A program made the position numbers and the translations under genes. 64,000 nt of DNA from Spirulina sp. (GTDB taxonomy: Bacteria; Cyanobacteriota; Cyanobacteriia; Phormidesmidales; Phormidesmidaceae): assembly GCA_044070495.1 (NCBI GenBank), contig JBIPSI010000003.1:1-64000 (forward strand). Reading direction: 5' to 3'. Of the stretch, positions 1 through 11,214 are shown one piece after another (within the stretch, counting starts at the first letter, position 1; each line of letters begins with the position of its first letter). Under the pieces are notes generated by a model. That model searched no databases, had not been told where the DNA came from, and was given only the letters and a program-made list of their open reading frames with translations.

Positions 1-15
1 TTGACGCGAACGAGT

Positions 16-194
16 TGCAAATAAGGAGCAGATTGAATCGCATCAATATATCAATATATTTAAAAATTTGGTGACAAGTAACTATATTGTCCTTGAACTT
101 GTAGCATTGCCCAATAGTCCACTTAGAGTTCCTCGCCCCCAAATTTTTAAATATATTGATATATTGATGCGATTCAATCTGCTCCTTATTTGCA
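16..194. repeat. Perfect 56-bp inverted repeat (16-71 / 139-194) around a 67-bp spacer
   Basis: tgcaaataaggagcagattgaatcgcatcaatatatcaatatatttaaaaatttgg at 16-71 is the exact reverse complement of 139-194; AT-rich. Confidence 0.95.
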
Positions 195-195
195 T

Positions 196-336
196 GGTGA
201 AGGTTGAAGGTTTAGGGGGTGAAGGTTGAAGGTTTAGGGGGTGAAGGTTGAAGGTTTAGGGGGTGAAGGTTTAGGGGTTGAAGGTTGAAGGTTTAGGGGG
301 TGAAGGTTTAGGGGGTGAAGGTTGAAGGTTTAGGGT
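196..336. repeat. Short tandem heptamer-like repeat tract (gaaggtt / taggggt units)
   Basis: Repeated ggtgaaggttgaaggtttaggg units; resembles cyanobacterial short tandem repeats. Confidence 0.85.
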
Positions 337-386
337 TGGGGGGCGGGGTTGGGAATGTTGCATTTTTTGTTGCATGGTTCACTCTT

Positions 387-1223
387 CTAGTTCTCGTGTT
401 TTATGGCGCTGGCGTGCCAGTCTTTCAGCAGGTAGTTAGACAGAGCGGAGAGCATGGCAAAGATAGCGATGCCGGAGACGGTGATCAACAGCAGGGCGGC
501 GAACATGCGGGGAATTTGCAGGTTGTAACCCGCCATCAAAATTTGGTAGGCCAGTCCAGAATTTGTGCCTCCGGTGCCTGCGACGAACTCGGCTACCACC
601 GCCCCAATGAGGGCCAAGCCGCCGCTGATGCGCAGACCTGCTAAGAAGTAGGGCAGGCTGGTGGGCAGCCTCAGATACCATAGGGTTTGCCAGCGGTTGG
701 CTTGGTTGAGCTGAAACAGGTTCCGCAGGGCTGGATCGGTACTGTTGAGGCCCAGCACGGTATTGGAGACAATGGGAAAAAAGGCCACAATCCAGGCACA
801 AACCACTAGGGCGGCAAAGGTGTTGCTCCTCAACCAAATGATAATTAGTGGCGCAACGGCCACAATTGGCGTGGTTTGTAGGAGCACCGCATAGGGGAAA
901 AAGCTGCGCTCGATCCACTTACTTTGGGCGAATAAAACCGCCACGAGCAGCCCGGATACCGTGGCCGCTACGAGGGCTGTAAAGGCGATCTTCAGGGTGA
1001 CAAACCAGGCGGGAAAGAGGGTGGGCCAATCTGTAGCGAGGGTTTGCAAAATCAATATCGGCCCCGGCAGTAGGTAGGGAGGCGTGTTGGTAACTCGAAC
1101 AGCTATCTCCCAGGCTGCCAGCAGCACTAATCCTACGATCACTGGGGCCAGCACATCGGGGGAGAGCAGTTTTTTCGCCCATCCTGACATGGTTTTAGGG
1201 GGGGCAAAGGCAGGGGAAATCAT
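387..1223 (-). CDS. NitT/TauT-family ABC transporter permease
   Basis: Multiple TM helices, LPGP and LQTTPIVAVAPL motifs, EAA-like loop; operon with ATPase and binding protein. Confidence 0.9.
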   Translation of the reverse strand: MISPAFAPPKTMSGWAKKLLSPDVLAPVIVGLVLLAAWEIAVRVTNTPPYLLPGPILILQTLATDWPTLFPAWFVTLKIAFTALVAATVSGLLVAVLFAQSKWIERSFFPYAVLLQTTPIVAVAPLIIIWLRSNTFAALVVCAWIVAFFPIVSNTVLGLNSTDPALRNLFQLNQANRWQTLWYLRLPTSLPYFLAGLRISGGLALIGAVVAEFVAGTGGTNSGLAYQILMAGYNLQIPRMFAALLLITVSGIAIFAMLSALSNYLLKDWHASAIKHEN

Positions 1224-1308
1224 GGGCTAAACGTAGACTTGATCATGGGTAGCATGGCTAGGGTGGATACGGTTCATCGCACTGAACATTTTGCCCAGCA
1301 GGCGATGC

Positions 1309-2115
1309 CTAAAAGGCTAGGGACAGGGAATCGCCCATGGCCTCCGAAAGCTGGTGGGATACATCGCGGCAGTAGTGGTTGAACTGGGTGGAGGTGCGAT
1401 AGTCGGGTTCGCGAGGGTGGGGGCTATCAATGACCATATCGGCGACGACCCGACCGGGTTGGGAGGCCATTACTACCACTCGATGGGCTAGGTACACCGC
1501 TTCATAGATGCTGTGGGTAACAAACAGAATGGTTAGGTGGCGCTGATATTGCAGGTTCAACAGGTCTTGGTTGAGTTTGCCCCGCGTCATTTCGTCCAGG
1601 GCTCCGAAGGGTTCGTCCATCAGCAGCACGTTGGGACGGGTGACTAGGGCGCGGGCAATGGAAGCCCGCATTTTCATGCCGCCAGACAATTCGCGGGGGT
1701 AGACCCGTTCAAACCCCTGGAGTCCAACTTGGCCAATGGCTTCAGACGCTAGTTCTAGCGACTCCCGCTTTGGCACCCCGGCTAATTTCAGCGGCAGCCG
1801 AATGTTGTCCATCACCGTAGCCCAGGGCATCAGGGCGGCTTCTTGAAACACGTAGGCCAACCGATGATCGGCATCGCTGCCAGACCAGGTAAGCTGTCCC
1901 GTCGTCATGTCCCCCAATCCTGACACGATGCGCAGCACCGTGCTTTTACCACAGCCCGATGGCCCCACCAGGCTGGTAATTGTCCCTGGCGGTACGGCCA
2001 GATTAAAGTCTTTTAGGGCTACGGTGCCGTTGGCATAGGTTTTGCCAACCTGATCCAGGGTCAAAATCGGCGGAGTCTCCATGGGGATCGAGGGAAATAG
2101 GTTTGCAACCATCAT
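1309..2115 (-). CDS. NitT/TauT-family ABC transporter ATP-binding protein
   Basis: Walker A GPSGCGKST, signature LSGGM, Walker B LLMDEPF; start uncertain. Confidence 0.92.
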   Translation of the reverse strand: MMVANLFPSIPMETPPILTLDQVGKTYANGTVALKDFNLAVPPGTITSLVGPSGCGKSTVLRIVSGLGDMTTGQLTWSGSDADHRLAYVFQEAALMPWATVMDNIRLPLKLAGVPKRESLELASEAIGQVGLQGFERVYPRELSGGMKMRASIARALVTRPNVLLMDEPFGALDEMTRGKLNQDLLNLQYQRHLTILFVTHSIYEAVYLAHRVVVMASQPGRVVADMVIDSPHPREPDYRTSTQFNHYCRDVSHQLSEAMGDSLSLAF

Positions 2116-2166
2116 CGGCCAAACTTGCTGGGTGGAGGGTGGTGATTGAACACATGAATAGCTGCC

Positions 2167-3255
2167 CTAGCTTGTATAGGCCTCTGGCCCCTGGTTGATG
2201 AAGTCCAGGGTATAGGCTTGCTTGTAGTCCACTGAGGCATCAAACACCCCCAAATCGGACATCACCGTGAAAATTTCTTCCCAGCGAGCATCGGTCATGG
2301 CACCGATGCCCAGGGTTTCGGCGTCACCGCTGAGAATAATGCCGTATTCCGCCATTTTTTCGAGTCCAAAGGCAATCTGCTCATCGGTCATTTCAGGGTT
2401 GTCCTGTTTGATGAGTGCATTGCCCGGCGTGGGGTCTTCCAGATAGCTGTACCAGCCCTTGATGGAGGCATCCACAAACCGCTGCACCAGGTCGGGGTTG
2501 CTTTCCAGAATTTCCCGCCGAGTTTCGATGGTCGTGGTGTAGTTGGGGTAGCCGTTGTCTGCCATTAAGAGAATCACAGGCTCAAAGCCCCCTTCTCGTT
2601 GAATGGCAAAGGGTTCGGAGGTGATATAGCCCTGCTGAACCAGGTTTTTATCCGCCACAAATGGCCCCACGTTGAAGGTGTAGACCCCCATCTGTGAGTC
2701 ATCGAGGCCGTACTTGGCTTTAATAAAGGGCCAGAAGGTTGTGTGGGCACTGGTAGACATCAAAATCGTCTTGCCCTTCAGGTCTTCAAAGGATTCGATC
2801 CCGACGCCGGGGTGGGCCATCAGCCCCTGGGGATCTTTTTGAAAAATAGCCGCCACCGTTACCTTGGGCACATTTTCTTTAATGGCGTTAATGGCGTCGA
2901 TGGCGTAGCCCATCTTAAAATCCATGGCCCCCGCCATCAAAAGCTGATTGCCGTTAACCTGAGGCCCACCCATCTTAATGGTGACATCCAGCCCGTGGTC
3001 GGCATAGATCCCGGTGGCCACCGCCTGGTAAAAGCCGCCGTGCTCCGCCTGGGCAAACCAACTGGTGCCAAAGGTGATCCGATCCAACTCGCCAGCGGAT
3101 TCGGCGGATCCCGGCGACCCTGACTCCGTAGAAGCCGTTTGATTGCCACCACCACAGGCTGCCAGCACCCCCGCCCCAAGGGACAGCGAGCCATAGCGTA
3201 GAAAGCGCCGTCGATTTAAGGCCCAGGATGAAAAGAGATCGTGAGACAAAGTCAT
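2167..3255 (-). CDS. NMT1/THI5-like ABC substrate-binding lipoprotein (possibly purine/pyrimidine-type substrate)
   Basis: Twin-Arg signal RRRFL, lipobox LAAC, WFAQAEHGGFYQA motif. Confidence 0.85.
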   Translation of the reverse strand: MTLSHDLFSSWALNRRRFLRYGSLSLGAGVLAACGGGNQTASTESGSPGSAESAGELDRITFGTSWFAQAEHGGFYQAVATGIYADHGLDVTIKMGGPQVNGNQLLMAGAMDFKMGYAIDAINAIKENVPKVTVAAIFQKDPQGLMAHPGVGIESFEDLKGKTILMSTSAHTTFWPFIKAKYGLDDSQMGVYTFNVGPFVADKNLVQQGYITSEPFAIQREGGFEPVILLMADNGYPNYTTTIETRREILESNPDLVQRFVDASIKGWYSYLEDPTPGNALIKQDNPEMTDEQIAFGLEKMAEYGIILSGDAETLGIGAMTDARWEEIFTVMSDLGVFDASVDYKQAYTLDFINQGPEAYTS

Positions 3256-4594
3256 GGTCGATCATCCGATGAATTTAAGGACAGTCGAGAAGCCCGCATG
3301 GGTGCATCGTGGACGATTCTAGCGGCGGCCGCACCTGCTCCCCAAAAACGTAAACCCGAGGTGAATCGCCCATGATTACCGCAACAGCGCAACCGGAATA
3401 GGGGAGAATCCAAGGCCACCGTTAGCATTGTATACAAGACGTTAGGGGACAGATCATCGGCGATTCCGTATTTTTAGCTACGCTTCCCCCATGCATTATC
3501 AACGCCCACTTTCCCGGCCTAGGGACGCCTACCCTTAATGCGACCGCTTGACTTAGAGGATGTTTGAACAGCCGACGCATGTCCTAAGGGATACCGATGA
3601 GGTCAGTCTCAGCCGTCAAAAATCCTGTTATTTAGACCGATCTAGCGACCAATCACACCTGAGGCAACCCTTTTCAAATGCCTTCCTAGCTTAATATGGA
3701 ATAAATTCTAATCTTTATGCGGATTATCTGTAACTATCGCCACACTAGAAGAAGCCTAATAAAACCTTAGGGATCATCTTCATCCTAGGAATTAAGTACG
3801 GCTAACCCTGCTCTCTCTGTTCAGCTAATCTGCAATTTTTAGGGCCATAACCAATACTCTGCTAGATATCTCCTTGACCCATTCATAGCTTCCATGTTCA
3901 GCGCTTGAGCTCCTCAGTTTTCTTCCAGAAATAACAATAGAGTTCCTGAGGAAAACATCCAGCAAGGCCGAATCCGAAATATTTTGTTACATGCTCAGGG
4001 CATCTATACACCAAAGCTTTAGAATCTAGTCAGCCTCAAAAGTTTATCTGGCGATGCATTGATTTACGTAGTGTTACATTGCTACATCGTGCTCTCATAA
4101 TCGTCTGGTGAACTAAATTCTGGTAAGGGTGATTGGCTAAGGATTTTGGGTATTCTAAACCTAGGCTGGTGGAATTCATTTTTTCAGACGTTGTAGACAA
4201 TGGGTGATCGCAAAATTTCGGGATCACGAAAAAATGATGGCGATATTAATGAAGCATTTACAAAGTCTCGTGCGCTTTGTCTTGAAAGCCGCTACCATGA
4301 AATCACTTAAATCGATTTAATGAATTGATTCGACTCTGCTGCTGACTATTAATGTCATTGAAAACCCACGGATGGTTTAATCCCGTTGAGGTACCGTGTC
4401 CTTCTAGCTCTCCCCCAGTCAGGATGCACGACCCCAAGGCGTGTAATACCGCAACCGTCATTGCCCTTTGCAGCGAGCGAATGTATAGCTATTCCACGAT
4501 TCAACGGCTGAGTTCACCCCTTGAGCGTTCCCAGGGCAATGCCCCGACACATGCGCTCAAGCGATAACCATTACCATGTAGTTAGGGGCCAACC

Positions 4595-7147
4595 ATGATC
4601 AGACCATCGACCCAGACTTCCCAGGATTCCAGTCCTCGTTTCGACATCCGCACGCAACCTGCGGAAGCCGCCATCTATCCTGCACCGCCGCTGCAACCCA
4701 TCCACAGTGAGCCATCGGAGCAGCTTAAACAGGCGCTTTTCAGCAATCTCTACTGCGAGCAGGGCAAGGATGAGCAGTTTGCCAATGCCCACGACTACTA
4801 CATGGCCCTAGCCTATAGCGTGCGCAATGAGCTGATGAAGAAACGCATCCGTACGGCCAAAACCTACGCCCAATCGAAGGCCAAGGCGGTCTATTACCTG
4901 TCGGCGGAATTTCTGATGGGGCGACACCTCGGCAACGGGCTGATCAACCTAGGTCTGCACGAAACCATGCGCCACACCCTAGCGGATATGGGCCTGGATT
5001 TGGATGAACTGCTGGAGCGGGAGGCGGAACCGGGCTTGGGCAATGGCGGTCTGGGGCGGCTGGCGGCCTGCTTCATGGATTCCCTCACCACCCTCAACCT
5101 GCCCGCCATTGGCTACGGGATTCGCTACGAATTTGGCATTTTCACCCAGGTGCTCCACAACGGCTACCAGCACGAGCAGCCCGATAAGTGGCTGAGCTTT
5201 GGCAACCCCTGGGAGATCGCCCGTCCCGATTACCAGGTCGAAATCAAATTCGGCGGCTACACCGAGGTCTATAAAGACAGCGACAACGACTACCGGGTGC
5301 GCTGGATGCCGGGACAAACGGTGATCGGCATTCCCCACGATTCTCCGGTTCCGGGCTACGGCACCGAGAACGTCAACATTCTGCGGCTGTGGAAGGCGGA
5401 GGCGGGCAGCGCCTTTGACCTCCATGCCTTCAACGCCGGGGACTACTTTGGGGCCGTGGCCGACAAGATGATCTCCGAGAACATCACGAAGGTGCTCTAC
5501 CCCAACGACGAGACCCGCCAGGGCAAAGAGCTACGGCTGCAACAGCAGTATTTCTTTGTGGCCTGTTCCCTGCAAGACATCATCCGTCTGCACCTGCGGG
5601 ATCATGGCCATCTAGAAACCCTGGCCGATTTTGCCGCCATCCAGCTCAACGACACCCACCCCGCCATTGGTGTCGCCGAGCTGATGCGAATTCTGCTGGA
5701 CGAGCACCATTTTGATTGGGATCAAGCTTGGACGATTACCCAGGGCTGCTTTGGCTACACCAACCACACCCTCATGCCCGAAGCCCTGGAATGCTGGTCG
5801 GTGGATTTGTTTGGGCGCTTGCTGCCCCGCCACCTAGAGCTAATCTACGAAATCAACCACCGCTTCCTCAGCCAGGTGAAGCTGCGCTATCCCCAGGATC
5901 CTGAACGGCTGGAGCGGCTATCGCTGATTGCCGAAAGCCCGGAACGGAAGGTGCGGATGGCCAACCTCGCCTGTGTGGGCAGCCACGCCATTAACGGGGT
6001 GGCCGCTTTGCATACGGAACTGTTGAAACAGGACGTGCTGCGCGACTTCTACGAACTCTGGCCCGACAAATTCACCAACAAAACCAACGGCATCACCCCC
6101 CGCCGCTGGCTGTTGCAGTGCAACCCCCGCCTGTCCCAGTTGATTACCGAAACCATCGGCGAAAGCTGGATCACCAACCTGGACGACCTGCGCCAACTGG
6201 AAGCCCACCTGGATGATCCCACCTTCCAGCAGGCATGGCATTCCATCAAACAGGCGAACAAGTGGGATCTGGCCCACATCATCCACAGCCGCCTCGGCAT
6301 TGAGATCAACCCCGACTCCATGTTTGATGTGCAAATCAAGCGCATCCACGAATACAAGCGGCAGTTGTTGAACATCCTCCATGTGATCACCCTGTACCAC
6401 CGGATCCTGCAACACCCGGATCAGCCCGTGGTACCCCGCACCGTGATCTTTGGCGGCAAGGCGGCTCCTGGCTATGCCATGGCCAAGCTGGTGGTGAAGT
6501 TGATCACCGCTGTCGCCGATGTGGTCAACGCTGATCCCATTGTGGCCGGACGGTTGAAGGTGGTATTCCTGCCCAACTACAACGTCTCCCTGGCCCAGCG
6601 CATCTTCCCCGCCTCCGACCTGTCGGAGCAAATTTCCACCGCTGGCACCGAAGCCTCCGGTACCGGAAACATGAAGTTTGCCCTCAACGGTGCCCTCACC
6701 ATCGGCACCTTGGATGGGGCCAACATCGAAATCCGCGAAGAAGTGGGGGCCGACAACTTCTTCCTGTTTGGCCTCACCACCGAGCAAGTGTCCGCCTGCA
6801 AGGCCGTGGGCCACAACCCCTGGTTCTACTACGACACCAACCCCGAACTGAAGCGCGTCCTCGACAGCATCGCCAGCGGCCTCTTTGCCCCCGACCATCC
6901 TGATCTGTTCCTACCCCTGCTGGATTCCCTGCTGGTGGACGATCCCTACCTGGTGATGGCCGACTACGGAGCCTACGTTCAGTGCCAGGAACACGTCAGC
7001 CGCTGCTACGAAGACCAGGCCCGCTGGACCAGGATGTCGATTTTGAACGCGGCCCGCATTGGCAAATTTTCCGCTGACCGCACCATCGCCGAATACACCC
7101 GCGACATCTGGCACGTCAAACCCATCGAGGTGAAGCCAGAGGGCTAA
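4595..7147 (+). CDS. glgP: Glycogen phosphorylase
   Basis: EPGLGNGGLGRLAAC, IQLNDTHP and PLP-binding EASGTGNMKF motifs. Confidence 0.97.
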   Translation: MIRPSTQTSQDSSPRFDIRTQPAEAAIYPAPPLQPIHSEPSEQLKQALFSNLYCEQGKDEQFANAHDYYMALAYSVRNELMKKRIRTAKTYAQSKAKAVYYLSAEFLMGRHLGNGLINLGLHETMRHTLADMGLDLDELLEREAEPGLGNGGLGRLAACFMDSLTTLNLPAIGYGIRYEFGIFTQVLHNGYQHEQPDKWLSFGNPWEIARPDYQVEIKFGGYTEVYKDSDNDYRVRWMPGQTVIGIPHDSPVPGYGTENVNILRLWKAEAGSAFDLHAFNAGDYFGAVADKMISENITKVLYPNDETRQGKELRLQQQYFFVACSLQDIIRLHLRDHGHLETLADFAAIQLNDTHPAIGVAELMRILLDEHHFDWDQAWTITQGCFGYTNHTLMPEALECWSVDLFGRLLPRHLELIYEINHRFLSQVKLRYPQDPERLERLSLIAESPERKVRMANLACVGSHAINGVAALHTELLKQDVLRDFYELWPDKFTNKTNGITPRRWLLQCNPRLSQLITETIGESWITNLDDLRQLEAHLDDPTFQQAWHSIKQANKWDLAHIIHSRLGIEINPDSMFDVQIKRIHEYKRQLLNILHVITLYHRILQHPDQPVVPRTVIFGGKAAPGYAMAKLVVKLITAVADVVNADPIVAGRLKVVFLPNYNVSLAQRIFPASDLSEQISTAGTEASGTGNMKFALNGALTIGTLDGANIEIREEVGADNFFLFGLTTEQVSACKAVGHNPWFYYDTNPELKRVLDSIASGLFAPDHPDLFLPLLDSLLVDDPYLVMADYGAYVQCQEHVSRCYEDQARWTRMSILNAARIGKFSADRTIAEYTRDIWHVKPIEVKPEG

Positions 7148-7234
7148 TCCTCAGAAACGGCATCCCAGGTTGAGGAATGTACCGGGATGCTCCCTTTCTC
7201 TTAATTTGACCCGTAACTATTGTATGGTGACGGG

Positions 7235-7699
7235 TCAAATTAGCGTATTCAGAAAGGCTTTGAACTGATCTAAGTCAGTCTGATAAAAATGGTGAAGGTG
7301 TTGGGCTTGAATAATGACGATCATCATTCGTTGAGGATCAAGTTCAATCGTGTAGGCGTGACGAAAGATGTGACGAAAGCGGCGTAGTTCATCCAGGCTT
7401 TTATAGGCTTCTGCACACCATAGTTTTGGGCGTATGCCTTCAATGTCTAGGGTCATGCGCTTGAGTAAGCTGCTGTGCCACTGGCCTCTATTGTCAATCT
7501 GATTTTCAAAGGTTCTGGCTACATTCAAGCTAATGTTTTCAAAGGCGTTGTACAGGTTATTCAGGTAATAACCCGCTAGGATAGCTTGCTCAGTGGTTGT
7601 TAGGGCATTTGCATAATCTGAAAGCCGCCCATACAAAGCCTCAATTTCTTGGATGTCGGCATCAATGTTGGCCTTCAAAAGGGCAGCTTGAGGATTCAT
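7235..7699 (-). CDS. HEPN-domain ribonuclease toxin (HepT-like)
   Basis: RHIFRHAY matches RX4HXY; overlaps the upstream MNT gene; start set at MNPQAALL. Confidence 0.85.
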   Translation of the reverse strand: MNPQAALLKANIDADIQEIEALYGRLSDYANALTTTEQAILAGYYLNNLYNAFENISLNVARTFENQIDNRGQWHSSLLKRMTLDIEGIRPKLWCAEAYKSLDELRRFRHIFRHAYTIELDPQRMMIVIIQAQHLHHFYQTDLDQFKAFLNTLI

Positions 7700-8057
7700 A
7701 AACAAGTTCTCCGGTTCGGCGAACCATATCAGAAAAGTGGCTGGGATGGTTGATTTCTCGCAGGTCAATTAGCCTATCTGGACAGGCTGATTCTAGGTCG
7801 CGCCAGAGAGCAAAGTAGGTAGCTGCGTCGGTGCCTGCGACGGCAATGTCGATGTCTGAATGGTCGCAAAACTGCCCTGGCTGGGTGACGGAACCAAAAA
7901 GGTAGACCTGAGTAATGTTGGGATAGTGGGGGATGACCTGGCGGATAGCCGTGATCGCATCTTGACGAGCTTTTTGTCGCAGAACTTCCCAGGCAGTCTG
8001 TTGTTCAGCGGCCCGCTGTCTAAAATTATCCCGGCATTGCTGAAGGTTGATCGCCAT
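7662..8057 (-). CDS. Minimal nucleotidyltransferase antitoxin (MNT)
   Basis: YLFGS-X-SDIDIAV nucleotidyltransferase motif. Confidence 0.88.
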   Translation of the reverse strand: MAINLQQCRDNFRQRAAEQQTAWEVLRQKARQDAITAIRQVIPHYPNITQVYLFGSVTQPGQFCDHSDIDIAVAGTDAATYFALWRDLESACPDRLIDLREINHPSHFSDMVRRTGELVYESSSCPFEGQH

Positions 8058-8219
8058 AGGTCAAGAGACGTTCTCACCTACAGATCTATTGTGGCACAGG
8101 CGGCCTATCCACAAGAGACTCAAAAACGAACTCCAATTTCGTCACCGTATTTTCAGCAACGTAGGGATGAATGTCTGAATACGACATAGGCTAAATGAGA
8201 GATTCAGCGATAAGTATCC

Positions 8220-9149
8220 CTAAAGCACCTCAGCCTTGAGCAAGGCTCCGGGCAGGGTCATCAGTTTGCGGAGGGAGGGCACATAGGCACGGCGGCTAAA
8301 GACGTCGTAGCCGTTTTCTTCGATCACGTCCAAAATTTGACGATACAGATCTAGCGCTGCCCATACAGGCCAACGGGCATCGGGGCTGAGCAGACTGATC
8401 CCGGCCTCGGCTTCGGCGTAGTAATGGCGGGCGCGGTCAATTTCAAAGGCCATCAGGGCGCGCCAGCGGTCGTCCACCACCCCAGCCATCAGGTCGGCCT
8501 CGGTGTAGTGGAACTGGGCCAAATCCTCTAGCGGCAGGTAAATCCGGCCTCGGCGGGCATCTTCGCCTACGTCCCGCAGAATGTTGGTGAGCTGGTTGGC
8601 AATGCCAAGGGCCACCGCCTGAGGGGTCGGGTCGATGGGTTCCTGGGGATGCCAGGGGGCCGTGAACTGATCGGAGTCAACGCCCATCACCGTGGTAGAC
8701 ATCAAGCCCACGGTGCCCGCCACCCGGTAGCAGTAGAGTTCTAAGTCTTGGAAGGTCTCGTAGCGGTTGCGGTGCAAGTCCATGCGCTGGCCCGCAATCA
8801 TATCCCGGAAGGGCTGAATGTCGAGGGGAAACTTCTCCAGGGTGTCCACCAGGGCCACGTCTTCGTCATCCACCGGACAGCCTGCAAACACGGATTCCAG
8901 TTGGGCTTCCCAGCGGTCGAGGGTTTTCTCATTGGTGAACTGGGCCTGGGGGCCATCCACCAGCTCATCGGTTCTCCGGCACCACAGGTAGATGGCCCAA
9001 ATGGCGCGGCGCTTGGCGGGGGCCATCAGCAGGGTGCCCATATAGAAGGTCTTCGAGTACTTTGCGGTCACTTGGCGGCAAAGCTCGTAGGCGTCCTCTA
9101 TGGAGGAGAGGGATGGGCGTGGGGGAGAATCAGTCAGTTGCAGCATCAA
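8220..9149 (-). CDS. crtB: Phytoene synthase
   Basis: YSKTFY, RRTDELVD, YCYRVAGTVG and NQLTNILRDVGED motifs. Confidence 0.96.
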   Translation of the reverse strand: MMLQLTDSPPRPSLSSIEDAYELCRQVTAKYSKTFYMGTLLMAPAKRRAIWAIYLWCRRTDELVDGPQAQFTNEKTLDRWEAQLESVFAGCPVDDEDVALVDTLEKFPLDIQPFRDMIAGQRMDLHRNRYETFQDLELYCYRVAGTVGLMSTTVMGVDSDQFTAPWHPQEPIDPTPQAVALGIANQLTNILRDVGEDARRGRIYLPLEDLAQFHYTEADLMAGVVDDRWRALMAFEIDRARHYYAEAEAGISLLSPDARWPVWAALDLYRQILDVIEENGYDVFSRRAYVPSLRKLMTLPGALLKAEVL

Positions 9150-9665
9150 TGTCCCAATCTGGAGAAGGTAAATCTCAAACCGACCACAGGTGTATCTGCT
9201 TAACTAGCCTCTCATAACTGCACCCAAGATGGGAAAAACAGTCAGGATTGGCCCAAGGCAACCCAGATTACACGGCATTTCGCGATGGACATAGCCAGGG
9301 AGGGGAAATGCTGCAACAGTCAGCGGGCTGTGGCATCGATACAAGGCGTCTACGGGAGACACGGGGGCTAGTTGTGTTGATTATATGTTGCAATCCGTAA
9401 CATATGCCGAAAATTCCGATTTGGCTAGGGCGACTTCGTCGGTGGCCTCGCCCCAAAGTTGGGCCAGCCCAGATAGAATAGAAAACTGCACTCACTCGGT
9501 TCTGGCTGAGTTTTGACAATCACCCTAGGGGCTGAGTCGCCCTCCATGACCTGGCTCAGTGCTTTAGGGCGCATTGTGCATTGATCCAGATTGATCCAGG
9601 ACGGTTCCTGAACCGAACGGGTGCGGATCGCCTGTCCATCTCGATGCTTGCGGGGAGCCCAACTC

Positions 9666-10949
9666 GTGCCTGAAACTAACTTTGATTTGCTTGTTCAATC
9701 CGATCCATTGCTGGCCACCATTGTGCAGCGCGAACTGCAACGCCAGCGAGATCACCTGGAACTGATCGCCAGCGAAAACTTCACCTCCGCAGCGGTGATG
9801 GCGGCCCAGGGGTCGGTGCTCACCAATAAATATGCCGAAGGGTTGCCCAACAAGCGCTACTATGGCGGCTGCACCTTCGTAGACGAAGCCGAGCAACTGG
9901 CTATCGACCGAGTGAAGGAACTCTTCGGAGCCGCCCACGCCAACGTTCAGCCCCACTCCGGTGCCCAGGCCAACTTTGCGGTGTTCCTGGCCCTGCTAAA
10001 TCCGGGCGACACCATCATGGGCATGGATTTGTCCCACGGGGGTCACCTCACCCACGGGTCGCCCGTGAACGTGTCGGGCAAGTGGTTCAAGGTGGTGCAG
10101 TACGGTGTGAGCCGCGACACCGAACAGCTCGACTTTGACAGCATCCGCGCCCTGGCCCTAGAGCATCGGCCCAAGCTGATCATCTGCGGCTATTCCGCCT
10201 ATCCCCGCACCATTGATTTCCAAGCCTTCCGCGCCATTGCCGACGAAGTGGGCGCGTACCTGATGGCCGACATTGCCCACATTGCCGGCCTGGTGGCCGC
10301 TGGGCTGCACCCCAACCCCGTGCCCCACTGCGATGTGGTCACCACCACCACCCACAAAACCCTGCGCGGCCCCCGTGGTGGGTTGATTATGACCCGCGAT
10401 GCTGAACTGGGCAAAAAGTTCGACAAAGCCGTCTTCCCCGGCACCCAGGGTGGCCCCCTAGAGCATGTTATCGCCGCCAAGGCTGTGGCCTTTGGGGAAG
10501 CCCTGCGGTCTGAGTTCAAAGCCTACTCTGCCCAGGTGATTGAGAACGCCCAACGGTTGGCAAACCAGTTGCAAAATCGTGGATTCAAAGTGGTTTCCAA
10601 CGGCACCGACAACCACCTGGTGCTGGTGGATCTGCGATCCATCGGCATGACTGGAAAGCGGGCCGACCAGCTCGTCAGCACCGTCAACATCACCGCCAAC
10701 AAAAACACGGTGCCCTACGACCCCGAATCTCCCTTTGTCACCAGTGGTCTACGCCTGGGTTCCCCTGCTATGACCACCCGTGGTCTGGGCAGCGATGAGT
10801 TCGCCACCATCGCCGACATCATTGCCGATCGTCTATTGAATCCAGAGGATATGGCAATGGAGAGCCAATGTCGGGATCGGGTTGCCGCCCTGTGCGAGCG
10901 CTTCCCTCTCTACCCCCACCTGGGTGGTCGCGTTCCGGCCCTGGTCTAG
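9666..10949 (+). CDS. glyA: Serine hydroxymethyltransferase
   Basis: [29 protein letters not shown] start inferred at 9666. Confidence 0.97.
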   Translation: MPETNFDLLVQSDPLLATIVQRELQRQRDHLELIASENFTSAAVMAAQGSVLTNKYAEGLPNKRYYGGCTFVDEAEQLAIDRVKELFGAAHANVQPHSGAQANFAVFLALLNPGDTIMGMDLSHGGHLTHGSPVNVSGKWFKVVQYGVSRDTEQLDFDSIRALALEHRPKLIICGYSAYPRTIDFQAFRAIADEVGAYLMADIAHIAGLVAAGLHPNPVPHCDVVTTTTHKTLRGPRGGLIMTRDAELGKKFDKAVFPGTQGGPLEHVIAAKAVAFGEALRSEFKAYSAQVIENAQRLANQLQNRGFKVVSNGTDNHLVLVDLRSIGMTGKRADQLVSTVNITANKNTVPYDPESPFVTSGLRLGSPAMTTRGLGSDEFATIADIIADRLLNPEDMAMESQCRDRVAALCERFPLYPHLGGRVPALV

Positions 10950-11214
10950 GGTTTAGCGATTGGGGCTGAGTTTTGCCGGGGCTAGACTCGCCCCTACCCC
11001 TGTCACCAAACTTCACACAGACTCCATGGAGAGGGACAGCGAAGGTTAAGGTTTCGCCTTCACGATCTGTCATAATCTGCATGGAGTTTGGTTCGTTTGG
11101 GAAAAGTCAACTTATCCTATGGACGAATGCCCCCTTGAGATCAGTGGGGTTTTCTCCCACTAGGCCGTCCCCCCGCCATCGAGGCCGTTCAGTTCCCTCC
11201 CCCTAGGAGTTCAG

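Noticed and set aside
196..336. CRISPR array or telomere
   Set aside because: Contiguous heptamer units with no unique spacers; simple-repeat behaviour.
315..644. 109-aa plus-strand ORF
   Set aside because: It starts in the simple repeat and is antisense to the ABC permease.
3420..3437. NtcA box upstream of the ABC transporter
   Set aside because: Only a partial match (GTA-N8-TAA) with no clear -10 box at the expected distance.
5918..6898. Long antisense ORFs (also 17843-18712, 19561-20268, 29947-30645, 56308-56955)
   Set aside because: Shadow frames of well-supported genes in GC-rich coding DNA.
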